From positions 13,852 through 77,851 of the forward strand of contig JBBRAU010000003.1 of the NCBI GenBank assembly GCA_038206475.1: 64,000 nucleotides of DNA, read 5' to 3'. Each line of letters opens with the position of its first letter. The first letter of the stretch is position 1. Under the pieces are notes generated by a model. It did no database searches. It saw nothing but the letters and a program-made list of their open reading frames with translations, and was not told the origin of the DNA. This document shows, piece by piece, positions 19,579 to 30,468 of this stretch. A program made the translations under genes and the position numbers. Source of the DNA: Patescibacteria group bacterium (GTDB lineage: Bacteria; Patescibacteriota; UBA1384; JBBRAU01).

Positions 19579-20571
19579 GTGGCTGATCCAATAATGCCGG
19601 GTCAAGGTACACCGACACCAGGGTTGCCGATGCAGTCGCTACCGGGTGCAATACCGTCGGCACCAACACCACCGGCACCACCAAGTGCGTCTCCGGCGAT
19701 GGAGCTGCCTGATTCGCCGGCTTCAAGTACAGTGGCCCCACCGTCTATGCCACCATCAGCCAATATGTCAGCTCGGCCAATGGAGAGTTTCTCTCGCCCA
19801 CCCACTCCGTCAATGAACGGAGCTACGATTCCAGCGCCTCCGGGCATGCCAGTTCGGCCGGGAGCTCCCGGTTTTCCACCGCCACCGCGGCCAATCAGCC
19901 CGATTGTGCCGTCGCCAGCGCCGCCTTCGGCAGCACCCAAAAAGGGTGGTCACGGCATGATGTTGATATTACTCGCCGTCTTTCTGGTTCTCTTGGGCGG
20001 CGGCGGTTATTATGCCTACAGCCAAGGCCTCATTCCTGGCTTAGCCAAAACGGTGACGCCAAACCCAGTTGTCAGCATTGCTCCGGGCACGGTCGCTTCG
20101 GTGGACTTGAGCGGCAACACCGTCGCCTCAGCTTCGCCGGTTGCAAGTGCCAGTCCAGTCTTGACCGCAGACCAGCAGCGCAAACAAGACATTAAAACGA
20201 TTGGGTTGGCACTTGACCGCTACGCGGCTGATCACACAGCGACTGTGCCAAAGGCCGCCAAGGGTGTTCTCTTGAGCGACCAAACTTCTGATGTGGCGCA
20301 GGCGCTCCTCAATGGCTACCTCGGCCAAATTCCAGCCGATCCAGACACTGCGCGCCATTACACATATGCTTCAACAGACGGCAAAAGCTACACTCTTAGC
20401 GCAACGCTGGACAGCACATCGGATGCGGACGGCACGGCGATCGGCTCTAAGTTCTATTATTTGCTGAAGGGCCCAAATCCGGTTGCTGCCGAGACAACAC
20501 CGGCGGCCGGCAGCACCAGTTCCGCCACCACGCCAACCAACACTTCAAGCACCATCGTTCCTGGCCTGTAG
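19579..20571 (+). CDS. Atypical pilin/pseudopilin-like membrane protein with a ~125-aa Pro-rich N-terminal extension
   Basis: Pro/Ser/Ala-rich N-terminus, then a single TM helix (MMLILLAVFLVLLGGGGYYAY), then DIKTIGLALDRYAADH...VP, which resembles the alpha1-C/alpha-beta loop of type IV pilins and T2SS pseudopilins. No G|FTLxE prepilin peptidase site. Confidence 0.4.
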   Translation: MADPIMPGQGTPTPGLPMQSLPGAIPSAPTPPAPPSASPAMELPDSPASSTVAPPSMPPSANMSARPMESFSRPPTPSMNGATIPAPPGMPVRPGAPGFPPPPRPISPIVPSPAPPSAAPKKGGHGMMLILLAVFLVLLGGGGYYAYSQGLIPGLAKTVTPNPVVSIAPGTVASVDLSGNTVASASPVASASPVLTADQQRKQDIKTIGLALDRYAADHTATVPKAAKGVLLSDQTSDVAQALLNGYLGQIPADPDTARHYTYASTDGKSYTLSATLDSTSDADGTAIGSKFYYLLKGPNPVAAETTPAAGSTSSATTPTNTSSTIVPGL

Positions 20572-20637
20572 TTGCCATTCTGGCACAACTATTGTATGCC
20601 AAGGTTGTGTTCAGGTGAGGGGAGAAAAGGATTTTGT

Positions 20638-21222
20638 ATGAGTTCAACCATTATTATATTAGCTATTGCTGTCGTGGTATTGATCTGGCTGATTTCGGTC
20701 TACAACCGCATTGCTATTTTGCGCCAACGGACTGATGAGGCCTGGAGCGACATCGACGTTCAACTGAAGCGCCGCCATGACTTGATTCCTAATTTGATCG
20801 AGACAGTTAAAGGCTACGCCAAACATGAAAAAGAGGTTTTCGAGCAGGTAACAGCCGCACGCACGGCTGCGATTTCGGCCAAATCGGTGGCTGAGCAAGG
20901 CCAAGCAGAAAATATGCTGACCCAGGCCTTAAAGAGCGTGTTTGCCGTGGCTGAAGCCTACCCCGACCTCAAAGCTTCTGATAACTTCCGCGAGCTTCAA
21001 ACCGAGCTGTCAAACACTGAAGATAAAATTATGGCCTCTCGCCGCTTTTACAACGGCAACGTTCGCGATTTAAACACACTGATTCAAATCTTTCCGAACA
21101 GCTTGGTCGCCGGTTTGCTTGGTGCCAAGGCCCGCAGTTTCTTTGAGGTTGACAGCCCGGCTGAACGCGAGAATGTGACGGTTAGCTTTGCCGACGGTGA
21201 TAAAACCGAGGACAAAGCCTAA
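20638..21222 (+). CDS. lemA: LemA family membrane protein
   Basis: N-terminal TM plus YNRIAILRQRTDEAWSDIDVQLKRRHDLIPNLIETVKGYAKHE, the LemA signature. RBS GAGGGGAGAAAAGG upstream. Confidence 0.8.
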   Translation: MSSTIIILAIAVVVLIWLISVYNRIAILRQRTDEAWSDIDVQLKRRHDLIPNLIETVKGYAKHEKEVFEQVTAARTAAISAKSVAEQGQAENMLTQALKSVFAVAEAYPDLKASDNFRELQTELSNTEDKIMASRRFYNGNVRDLNTLIQIFPNSLVAGLLGAKARSFFEVDSPAERENVTVSFADGDKTEDKA

Positions 21223-21849
21223 GTGTCCAAAGAGCTCAGAGTACGTTTTCTCGTTATCGCTGCCTGCCTGATTGTGGCCGGTATAACGCTGCTCAGCTTT
21301 TTGTATTACCAAGGTAAGCCGCTTAATTTGAGCCCAGCTGTTTCACCCTCCACTCTGCTCGTGCCGGTGGTTGAAGGCTCAGGCACGCCGAGCGCCAGCC
21401 CGAGTGCGATTGCTTCACCTAGCCCAACTCCGTCCCTATCGCCCGAAGAGTTGGCGGCCCGGGCGGCGGTTGATCAATTTGAAGCGGCCTACAAAGCCAA
21501 AAACAAGTCGAAATTACTGACCAGTCTGATGACCGATCCGTTCAACCAAGCCGAAAAAGATGAACAGAGTCGCCTGTTGTCCGGTCAAGATACCAAAGGC
21601 GTACCGGGCGGGCCGACACTGTTTGAAAGTGCCACCGTCAGCCAAATTCCGCAGAGCTACACCGTCACCTCAGTTGATGGCGGCACCGTTGTAGTCAAAG
21701 AGCACGTCATCGCCAGCGACCAAGGCAAGACATCCCAAGCCGACCGCACGCGTACTTTTGAGCTGGTCAAGCAAAACGGCGCCGATATCGTCGATCGTTA
21801 CCTTCGCCCTGGCTCAACCGATAAGTACGGCGGCTTCTCTGTCGACTAA
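21223..21849 (+). CDS. Hypothetical exported protein with a Ser/Pro-rich linker
   Basis: N-terminal TM/signal anchor, then an SPS/TPS low-complexity linker, then a ~130-aa globular domain of unknown family. Confidence 0.4.
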   Translation: MSKELRVRFLVIAACLIVAGITLLSFLYYQGKPLNLSPAVSPSTLLVPVVEGSGTPSASPSAIASPSPTPSLSPEELAARAAVDQFEAAYKAKNKSKLLTSLMTDPFNQAEKDEQSRLLSGQDTKGVPGGPTLFESATVSQIPQSYTVTSVDGGTVVVKEHVIASDQGKTSQADRTRTFELVKQNGADIVDRYLRPGSTDKYGGFSVD

Positions 21850-21865
21850 ATGAGCTTTTCATGAA

Positions 21866-21893
21866 TACCGCTGCTCCGGCAGCGGTTTTGTGT
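21866..21893 (+). terminator. Rho-independent terminator
   Basis: accgctgc-tccg-gcagcggt followed by TTTGTGTT. Directly preceded by the palindrome TTCATGAA. Confidence 0.6.
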
Positions 21894-21907
21894 TAGTCTG
21901 AGCGTGT

Positions 21908-22792
21908 ATGTACAACCAAATTGCCGCCAATAAGCGGCGCACCGCTTTTCTGTTCGTTATCGTCTCGGCTATTTTGATTGGCTTCGGTTGGCTATTCAGT
22001 CAAATTTACGGCGACCCGATTATTCTCCCTATTTTTTCGGCCTACGCCGTGATTAACGCTTGGGTCGGTTACTTTTATTCTGACAAAATCGCGCTGGCTT
22101 CTTCCGGTGCGCAACCAGCTACCCTCGCTCAAGCGCCGGAGCTGTATCATTTGCTTGAGAATTTAACCATCTCCGTCGGCCTGCCAATGCCCAAGGTCTA
22201 TATCATCGACGACCCGGCCATTAACGCCTTTGCCACTGGCCGTGATCCGCATCATGCCTCAATTGCCGTCACCAGCGGCGCCCTCGACAAATTGGAAAAA
22301 GTTGAGCTTGAGGGAGTGCTGGCGCACGAGCTGTCGCACGTCCAAAACCGCGATATTTTGGTCATGACGGTGGCGGTCACGTTAATCGGCCTCTTGTCGG
22401 TCATTGCCCACCTTTTCTGGCGGGTTTCGTTCTGGGGCGGCCGCCGCTCAAACAGTGACAACGAGGGCGGCAATATCTTGATGCTCATCGGTCTTGTCCT
22501 AGCCATTCTGTCGCCCTTTATTGGCACGCTTATTCAGCTGGCAATTTCGCGGAAGCGCGAGTATCTGGCTGACGCCTCCGGTGTACTACTGACGCGTTAC
22601 CCAGAGGGGTTGGCTCGCGCTTTAGAAAAAATTGAACATGACAACAACCAACTGCGCTCAGCCAGTGCAGCCACGGCCCACCTCTATATTGCCAATCCCT
22701 TTAAGGGGGCCGGCAGTTTTTGGCAAGGATTGCTGGCGACCCACCCGCCAATCGTCGACCGCATCCGCCGCTTGCGTGCCATGGGGGATTAA
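21908..22792 (+). CDS. htpX: Membrane zinc metalloprotease HtpX (M48)
   Basis: HELSHVQNRD (HExxH). Four TM helices. Typical HtpX length. Confidence 0.85.
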   Translation: MYNQIAANKRRTAFLFVIVSAILIGFGWLFSQIYGDPIILPIFSAYAVINAWVGYFYSDKIALASSGAQPATLAQAPELYHLLENLTISVGLPMPKVYIIDDPAINAFATGRDPHHASIAVTSGALDKLEKVELEGVLAHELSHVQNRDILVMTVAVTLIGLLSVIAHLFWRVSFWGGRRSNSDNEGGNILMLIGLVLAILSPFIGTLIQLAISRKREYLADASGVLLTRYPEGLARALEKIEHDNNQLRSASAATAHLYIANPFKGAGSFWQGLLATHPPIVDRIRRLRAMGD

Positions 22793-22926
22793 GCGGGTAT
22801 GACGAACAGTAGACTGATTGACTAAGACGGCCCGCTGGCCGATTTCGCGGTTGGCTTCTTGGCCGGTTGGCAGGCCTGCCACCCAGAGCTACCGGCGATT
22901 CCACCAACCGCGCGACCAATACCCGC
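22793..22926 (+). other. GC-rich nested inverted-repeat element (candidate structured RNA / complex terminator) between htpX and ligA
   Basis: Outer stem gcgggtat/atacccgc (22793-22800 and 22919-22926). Inner stem cgcggttgg/ccaaccgcg (22846-54 and 22904-12). Central palindrome ggcaggcctgcc (22869-80). Confidence 0.4.
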
Positions 22927-23023
22927 CAGAGCATCGTCGTAAGGTATAATCTATTTATTACACCACGGGCTGCTACGAGTAACTACCGCTGGTTCCCGGC
23001 GCACTCGGCAGCTGTCAATTTAG

Positions 23024-25144
<2,121 letters not shown>

Positions 25145-25239
25145 ATTTTCTCCAATTACTAGAGACCGACATTCGCCCTGGTTAAGGGTAAGACTTTCGA
25201 TGGGTACCCTGCACGCCTGAAGTGTGGTAATCTACGGCT

Positions 25240-25554
25240 ATGTCAGAGCCGCTTAGCCCCGCCGATATTGAGCATGTTGCCGAATTGGCCCGCCTTGTGG
25301 TCTCGGCAGAAGAAAAAGAGCAGCTGCTTGGTCAACTCAACGATATTTTAGATTTTGTCGGTCAATTACAGGCGGTTGATACGGTTGGGGTGGAGCCGCT
25401 GTCGCATCCGACACTTGGCCGGCCCAACCCCACTCAGCCAGACCAAGCCACGCCAAGTGGCTTAGTGCTTGAAGAGCTGTTATCCGAAGCGCCTGATTAT
25501 GATGGCCGGCAAGTCAAAGTAAAAGCCGTCTTTACTGATACGGAAGCGGCATGA
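25240..25554 (+). CDS. gatC: Glu-tRNA(Gln) amidotransferase subunit C
   Basis: Small acidic protein (HVAELARL...) directly upstream of gatA, with which it overlaps. Confidence 0.75.
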   Translation: MSEPLSPADIEHVAELARLVVSAEEKEQLLGQLNDILDFVGQLQAVDTVGVEPLSHPTLGRPNPTQPDQATPSGLVLEELLSEAPDYDGRQVKVKAVFTDTEAA

Positions 25555-26990
25555 AGACGCTTAAGACACTCGCCGCTCAGCTCGACGTGGGCCAGAAGAC
25601 CAGTGTGGAGCTGGTGAGAGATTATCTGGCTGCCGCCCGGGCCGACAGCGGCCTGAACGCCTTTCTTTGGCAAGATGAAGAGGCGATACTGGCGCAGGCC
25701 AAAGCCTCGGACGAACGGCGGGCAGCTGGCCGAGCCGGACAGCTGGAGGGCTTACCAATCGCCATCAAAGATAACCTCTTAACCAAAGGCTTACCGACGA
25801 CGGCCGGTAGTCGCATGCTTGAGGGCTATATTGCGCCCTACGACGCGACGGTCATCAGAAAGCTCAAAGCCGCGGGCGCGATCATTATCGGCAAGACCAA
25901 TTTGGATGAATTTGCCATGGGCTCTTCAACCGAGAATTCGGGCTATGGCGTAACCAAAAATCCCTGGGACGACTCGCGCGTGCCGGGTGGTTCCAGCGGT
26001 GGTTCAGCCGTCGCTGTGGCGGCTGACTTGGCGCCAGCTGCTCTGGGCACTGATACAGGCGGCAGCATCAGGCAACCAGCCGCTTTTTGCGGTGTGGTTG
26101 GCCTGAAGCCAACCTACGGCGCCGTCTCGCGCTATGGTGCTATCGCCATGGGCAGCTCGCTTGACCAGATCGGCCCATTTGGCCGGTCGGTGAATGACGT
26201 TCGCCTCTTGCTTGAAGTGATGGCGGGGGCCGACCCGGCTCATGACGCGACCGCGGTTGGACTGAATCAGCCAGCAAAAACGGTCAACGATCTGAGAGAG
26301 ATCACCATCGGTGTGCCTAAAGAGTACTTTGGCGAGGCGATGGAGCCGGGTGTGCTCACGCAAATTGAGCAGACCATCGAGCGGCTGCGCCAAGCCGGAG
26401 CGACTGTCATTGACGTGTCGCTGCCGCATACTGAGCAGGCACTGGCAACGTACTACATTATTATGCCGGCCGAAGTCTCCTCAAACTTGGCCCGCTATGA
26501 CGGTATTCGCTTTGGCTTAAAAGTTAAGCAGGCTGGGAGTTTGCTGGATATGTACAAACAGGCGCGGACGCAAGGTTTCGGACCAGAGGTGCGCCGGCGT
26601 ATTCTGCTCGGCACATACGTGCTGTCGGCCGGCTATTACGACGCCTACTACAAAAAAGCCCAGCAGGTACGCAGCCTTGTTAAAGCCGACTTTGACCGAG
26701 CCTTTGAGCAGGTTGATGTCTTGCTCACGCCAACCTCACCGACGACAGCCTTTACAATTGGTGCCAAGGCCGACCCACTGTCAATGTACTTAGCCGATGT
26801 CAACACGGTGCCAATTAATATGGCTGGCGTGCCGGCGCTATCACTACCGTGTGGCCTCTCGAATGGCTTACCGGTGGGTCTACAACTGATTGGCAAACCG
26901 TATGACGACTTCATGCTTCTGTGTATTGCTGAAAAAATTGAGCAAATAATTGGATTCACCGAGCAGGCAAAAAGATCGGAGACAATATGA
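25551..26990 (+). CDS. gatA: Glu-tRNA(Gln) amidotransferase subunit A (amidase family)
   Basis: Amidase signature GGSSGGSAVAVAAD. Catalytic K (AIKDN) and S. Confidence 0.9.
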   Translation: MKTLKTLAAQLDVGQKTSVELVRDYLAAARADSGLNAFLWQDEEAILAQAKASDERRAAGRAGQLEGLPIAIKDNLLTKGLPTTAGSRMLEGYIAPYDATVIRKLKAAGAIIIGKTNLDEFAMGSSTENSGYGVTKNPWDDSRVPGGSSGGSAVAVAADLAPAALGTDTGGSIRQPAAFCGVVGLKPTYGAVSRYGAIAMGSSLDQIGPFGRSVNDVRLLLEVMAGADPAHDATAVGLNQPAKTVNDLREITIGVPKEYFGEAMEPGVLTQIEQTIERLRQAGATVIDVSLPHTEQALATYYIIMPAEVSSNLARYDGIRFGLKVKQAGSLLDMYKQARTQGFGPEVRRRILLGTYVLSAGYYDAYYKKAQQVRSLVKADFDRAFEQVDVLLTPTSPTTAFTIGAKADPLSMYLADVNTVPINMAGVPALSLPCGLSNGLPVGLQLIGKPYDDFMLLCIAEKIEQIIGFTEQAKRSETI

Positions 26991-27628
26991 AAGGTGTTAT
27001 GGGACTTGCTGTACTTCTCATCGCAATTATTGGCGGTTGGTATTTGTACCAACAAAACCAATCGGCGACCAAACCAGCCACTTCAGTCAGCCCACTTGCG
27101 GCGGCTTCAAATATCGCCCTTGTCAGCGCGAGTCCGAGCCCGAGTGTTAGTGCTTCGGTCGACCAGACAGTTGTTACTTCAGCCACAATCGAAACCTCTC
27201 GCGGAACGATCACAATTGCCTTACTGCCTAAAGTAGCGCCTAAAACGGTGGCCAACTTTGCCGGACTGGCTAAAAAAGGCTTTTACGACAACCTGACCTT
27301 TCACCGTGTTGAGAGTTGGGTGGCCCAGGGCGGCGATCCAACCGGCACCGGCGGCGGCGGCCAGAGTATTTACGGCGGCACGTTTGTTGAAGACACATTT
27401 GATACTAGTAGCGCAGCCGCCAAAGCTGGCTACCAGCCAGGCGTAGTTGCGATGGCTAAAACTGGCGCCGACCCAGCTTTTGCCGGCACCAGCCAGTTCT
27501 TTATCATGAAACAAGCGCAACCGCTGCCGCTGGAGTACACCATTTTTGGCCAAGTGACGAATGGTATGACTGCCGTTCAGGCGTTGCAAATCGGCGATAA
27601 AATGACCAAGGTGACTGTCTCGCCATGA
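26987..27628 (+). CDS. Exported cyclophilin-type peptidyl-prolyl cis-trans isomerase
   Basis: FHRVESWVAQGGDPTGTGGGGQSIYGGTFVEDTF and FFIMKQAQPLPLEYTIFGQV are cyclophilin core motifs. N-terminal TM/signal. ATGA overlap with gatA. Confidence 0.8.
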   Translation: MKGVMGLAVLLIAIIGGWYLYQQNQSATKPATSVSPLAAASNIALVSASPSPSVSASVDQTVVTSATIETSRGTITIALLPKVAPKTVANFAGLAKKGFYDNLTFHRVESWVAQGGDPTGTGGGGQSIYGGTFVEDTFDTSSAAAKAGYQPGVVAMAKTGADPAFAGTSQFFIMKQAQPLPLEYTIFGQVTNGMTAVQALQIGDKMTKVTVSP

Positions 27629-28122
27629 CCGCTGACCGCCGCCAAGGCCCTTCATTTGACACTAAAGGTCAAATGAATACCCGCAAACGAAAGACCAAGC
27701 CCAGGCGCGAGCAAGCCTTCGTATGGAGCGGCTTAGTTTGGCTTGGCCGCGGCATTGGACGGTTATTCGGCTGGCGGCCGCAAACAAAAACAGGCCTTCT
27801 GCCCCTGACTGCCCACTGGCAGCAGATTGTGCTGCTATGGCATTCGCGTGATGCCCATCAGCTGCAAACCGGCCTGTTTGAAGCGGATAAACTGCTCGAC
27901 GAAGCCTTGAAGACACTCGGCGCACCAGGTGTAACCTTGGGCGAGCGCCTGAAGGCTGGCCGCTTCTGTTTTTCCTCAGACGTTGGATATCAGGCTGCCT
28001 GGGAGGGTCACAAGCTCCGCAACCGCTTGGCCCACGAACTGAGTAGTGTTACGCCGGGCGAGCTGTCACAAGGCCTGCAGGACTATTTAATAGCCTTCCG
28101 CGAGCTGGGAGTGGCGATATGA
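27625..28122 (+). CDS. Hypothetical protein embedded in the gatCAB operon
   Basis: ATGA overlaps at both ends indicate translational coupling. One hydrophobic segment. C-terminal LRNRLAHE fits an R-x4-H (HEPN-like) motif, but this is weak evidence. Confidence 0.4.
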   Translation: MTADRRQGPSFDTKGQMNTRKRKTKPRREQAFVWSGLVWLGRGIGRLFGWRPQTKTGLLPLTAHWQQIVLLWHSRDAHQLQTGLFEADKLLDEALKTLGAPGVTLGERLKAGRFCFSSDVGYQAAWEGHKLRNRLAHELSSVTPGELSQGLQDYLIAFRELGVAI

Positions 28123-29522
28123 ATAATGACTATTCGGTCATAATTGGCCTCGAGATTCACGCCGAGCTGTCTACGGATACTAAAATGTTCTGCCGCTGCA
28201 ATAACGACCCGTTTGCAGCCCAGCCAAATGAGTATATCTGCCCGGTCTGTTTTGGTCTGCCGGGGGCACTGCCGGTGCCCAATGAAGAGGCCATCCGCCG
28301 CACCTATTTGGTCGGTCAAGCGCTTGGGTCACGCTTGTCGGAACGGGTTAAATTTGACCGTAAAAACTACTTCTACCCAGATTTGCCTAAAGGCTACCAA
28401 ATTTCGCAGTACGACCGGCCGATTGCCAGCGGCGGCAGCTTGCCAGTAGATGGCACCGACGTTCGCTTGACTCGGCTGCACTTGGAAGAGGACACCGGCA
28501 AACTGAGCCATATATCCGACGGCTCATTAGTTGACTACAACCGATCGGGAGTGCCGCTGATGGAGTTGGTGACGGCGCCAGTGATTGCCAGCGCCGCTCA
28601 GGCAAAAGCCTTTTGCGAGCAGTACCAAGTGCTACTGCGTACGCTTAAGGTGGCAACCGCTGATATGGAAAAGGGTGAAATGCGTTGTGAGGCCAATGTC
28701 TCGGTGCAGCCGGCCGGCTCGTTTCGGATTGCCGGCGACGACGTCATGGCAGAAGGTGAATCCAAGCTATCAGCCAAAGTTGAGATCAAAAACTTAAACT
28801 CCTTCAAAAGTGTTGAGCGGGCGATCACTTACGAGGTGGCCCGTCAAATTGAGCTGATCGAGGGCAGCGGTACGGTCGAGCAGGAGACGCGCGGGTGGGA
28901 TGAGGCCAAGCAAAAAACCGTCCGCCAGCGCGGCAAAGAGTCAGCCCACGACTACCGCTACTTTCCTGAACCGGATGTTCCGGAAGTGCTTAGCGTAGAG
29001 TATCACGGGCAAGAGCTGCCCGAGCTGCCGTGGCAGCGCCATAGTCGCTATACAGATAAGCTTGGCTTGAGCGCTGAAGAGGCTCGGATGTTTGCCGTTG
29101 ACCCGCGCAAGGCGGCCTACCTGGAGGCGGCGGTTCAGGCGGGCGGCAGACCAGCCACCGTAGCTAATATTTTGCAAAACCGGCTTAAGGGCAGCACCTG
29201 TCTGCCGGCCGAAGTTGTCGGCCAACTGGCCGCCAAAATTGATACCGGCACCATTTCGATGGCCGCGCTCAATCATCTACTGTCGGCTTTGCAGGCTGGT
29301 CAAACCCTTGACCAGGCACTGGCAAGGGGCGACCAAAGTCTGGATCTCTCAGTTATTGTTCAGGAAGCGCTGCAACAATTGCCTGGTGAGGTGGCCGCTT
29401 ATAAAGCTGGCCGGACACAGGTGACAAATGTCTTTCTTGGTGCGATTATGAAGAAAACGCGGGGCCAAATTGATCCGGCCGCCACACAAGAGGAGATTCG
29501 TCGCCAACTTGACGCCTTATGA
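28119..29522 (+). CDS. gatB: Glu-tRNA(Gln) amidotransferase subunit B
   Basis: IGLEIHAELST..KMFC.C N-terminus. Cradle-domain motifs. C-terminal YqeY-like tail. Confidence 0.9.
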   Translation: MNNDYSVIIGLEIHAELSTDTKMFCRCNNDPFAAQPNEYICPVCFGLPGALPVPNEEAIRRTYLVGQALGSRLSERVKFDRKNYFYPDLPKGYQISQYDRPIASGGSLPVDGTDVRLTRLHLEEDTGKLSHISDGSLVDYNRSGVPLMELVTAPVIASAAQAKAFCEQYQVLLRTLKVATADMEKGEMRCEANVSVQPAGSFRIAGDDVMAEGESKLSAKVEIKNLNSFKSVERAITYEVARQIELIEGSGTVEQETRGWDEAKQKTVRQRGKESAHDYRYFPEPDVPEVLSVEYHGQELPELPWQRHSRYTDKLGLSAEEARMFAVDPRKAAYLEAAVQAGGRPATVANILQNRLKGSTCLPAEVVGQLAAKIDTGTISMAALNHLLSALQAGQTLDQALARGDQSLDLSVIVQEALQQLPGEVAAYKAGRTQVTNVFLGAIMKKTRGQIDPAATQEEIRRQLDAL

Positions 29523-30031
29523 TTGCAACTGAACTCGCCAACCCAATTTTAACTGTATTGCCTAAGCTGCCTGGGTTTGTCTGGGCACTTTTACTTGGCC
29601 TGGTGGTCATTACCTTCCTCAAGCTGGCGCTGGCGCAGGCGCTTCGGGTCGTCCGGCTACAGGACGGCATGCGCCAGCTTATCCTGGCTATCGCCAATGG
29701 CTTACTCTGGTTTTTTCTGGTTATTTCCCTGCTGCAAGAGCTTGGTCTGTCGCACCTGGCCCTGGCCCTGTCTGGCTCGTTTGCATTCCTGTCAGTAGCA
29801 CTCGGCACAGGTGCAACCTCGCTGGTTTCTGATTTAATTGCCGGTTTCCATTTAGCCAAGGATCGCCATTTTAAAGTGGGAGATACCGTTCGAATCGGTG
29901 AGACGGAGGGCGAAATTGAGCAGATTGGTCTACGCAAGGTGCTTATCCGCGACAGCAAAAAGCGTCTGCATATACTGCCGACAGCCGACATTGACAAGCG
30001 AGAATGGGTGCTCATTAAGCAGAGCGAGTAA
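29519..30031 (+). CDS. Short MscS-family mechanosensitive channel-like protein (TM region plus beta-domain only)
   Basis: Three TM helices followed by GDTVRIGETEGEIEQIGLRKVLIRDSKKRLHILPTADI, the MscS beta-domain signature. Lacks the usual C-terminal alpha/beta domain. Confidence 0.6.
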   Translation: MIATELANPILTVLPKLPGFVWALLLGLVVITFLKLALAQALRVVRLQDGMRQLILAIANGLLWFFLVISLLQELGLSHLALALSGSFAFLSVALGTGATSLVSDLIAGFHLAKDRHFKVGDTVRIGETEGEIEQIGLRKVLIRDSKKRLHILPTADIDKREWVLIKQSE

Positions 30032-30040
30032 AGGAATATC

Positions 30041-30304
30041 ATGCAAATATCACTTCTGGTGCTGGTCTGGGTGGGAATCGCCGCCATTATTGCGCTGACG
30101 GTAGCTATTGTAGCTGCGATGGTGCGCCTAACTGCGGTGCTCAAAAATGTGGACCGGACGATGCAAAACATTACCACCGTGTCGGCTTTGGTTGAAAAAG
30201 TTGTTGAACAGGGCGGCAAGAGCATTTTCTCGGCGGTCGCCAAGAGTGATGCCATCAGGCAGGGCATTAAAACGTTTATCCAAGGCAAAGCCAAAAAAGA
30301 ATAA
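30041..30304 (+). CDS. Small membrane protein (DUF948-like)
   Basis: N-terminal TM followed by an amphipathic helix. 87 aa. Confidence 0.4.
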   Translation: MQISLLVLVWVGIAAIIALTVAIVAAMVRLTAVLKNVDRTMQNITTVSALVEKVVEQGGKSIFSAVAKSDAIRQGIKTFIQGKAKKE

Positions 30305-30336
30305 CGTCAATCTAAGATATGAAAGTAAGGAGCGGG

Positions 30337-30450
30337 ATGAAGCAAACAGAGCGTCTAGCGCTTGGGGCAGTTATTGGGGTGATGATAGCAGAAGTGGCCG
30401 GACTATTGTTTCGGCCGCTGAAAAAGAAACGTCGCGGGCGTCGAAAATAA
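30337..30450 (+). CDS. Possible 37-aa membrane micro-protein with a polybasic tail (MKQTERLALGAVIGVMIAEVAGLLFRPLKKKRRGRRK)
   Basis: Not in the supplied ORF track because it is under 60 aa. Strong RBS TAAGGAGCGGG 4 nt upstream. One TM helix plus a KKKRRGRRK tail. Confidence 0.3.
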   Translation: MKQTERLALGAVIGVMIAEVAGLLFRPLKKKRRGRRK

Positions 30451-30468
30451 TGAACGGAAAGGAGCATA

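Noticed and set aside
26648-27061. 137-aa minus-strand ORF
   Set aside because: Antisense to the gatA and cyclophilin genes.
29446-30294. 282-aa minus-strand ORF
   Set aside because: Antisense to the well-supported mscS-like and DUF948 genes. Ser/Arg/Cys-rich nonsense composition typical of high-GC antisense frames.
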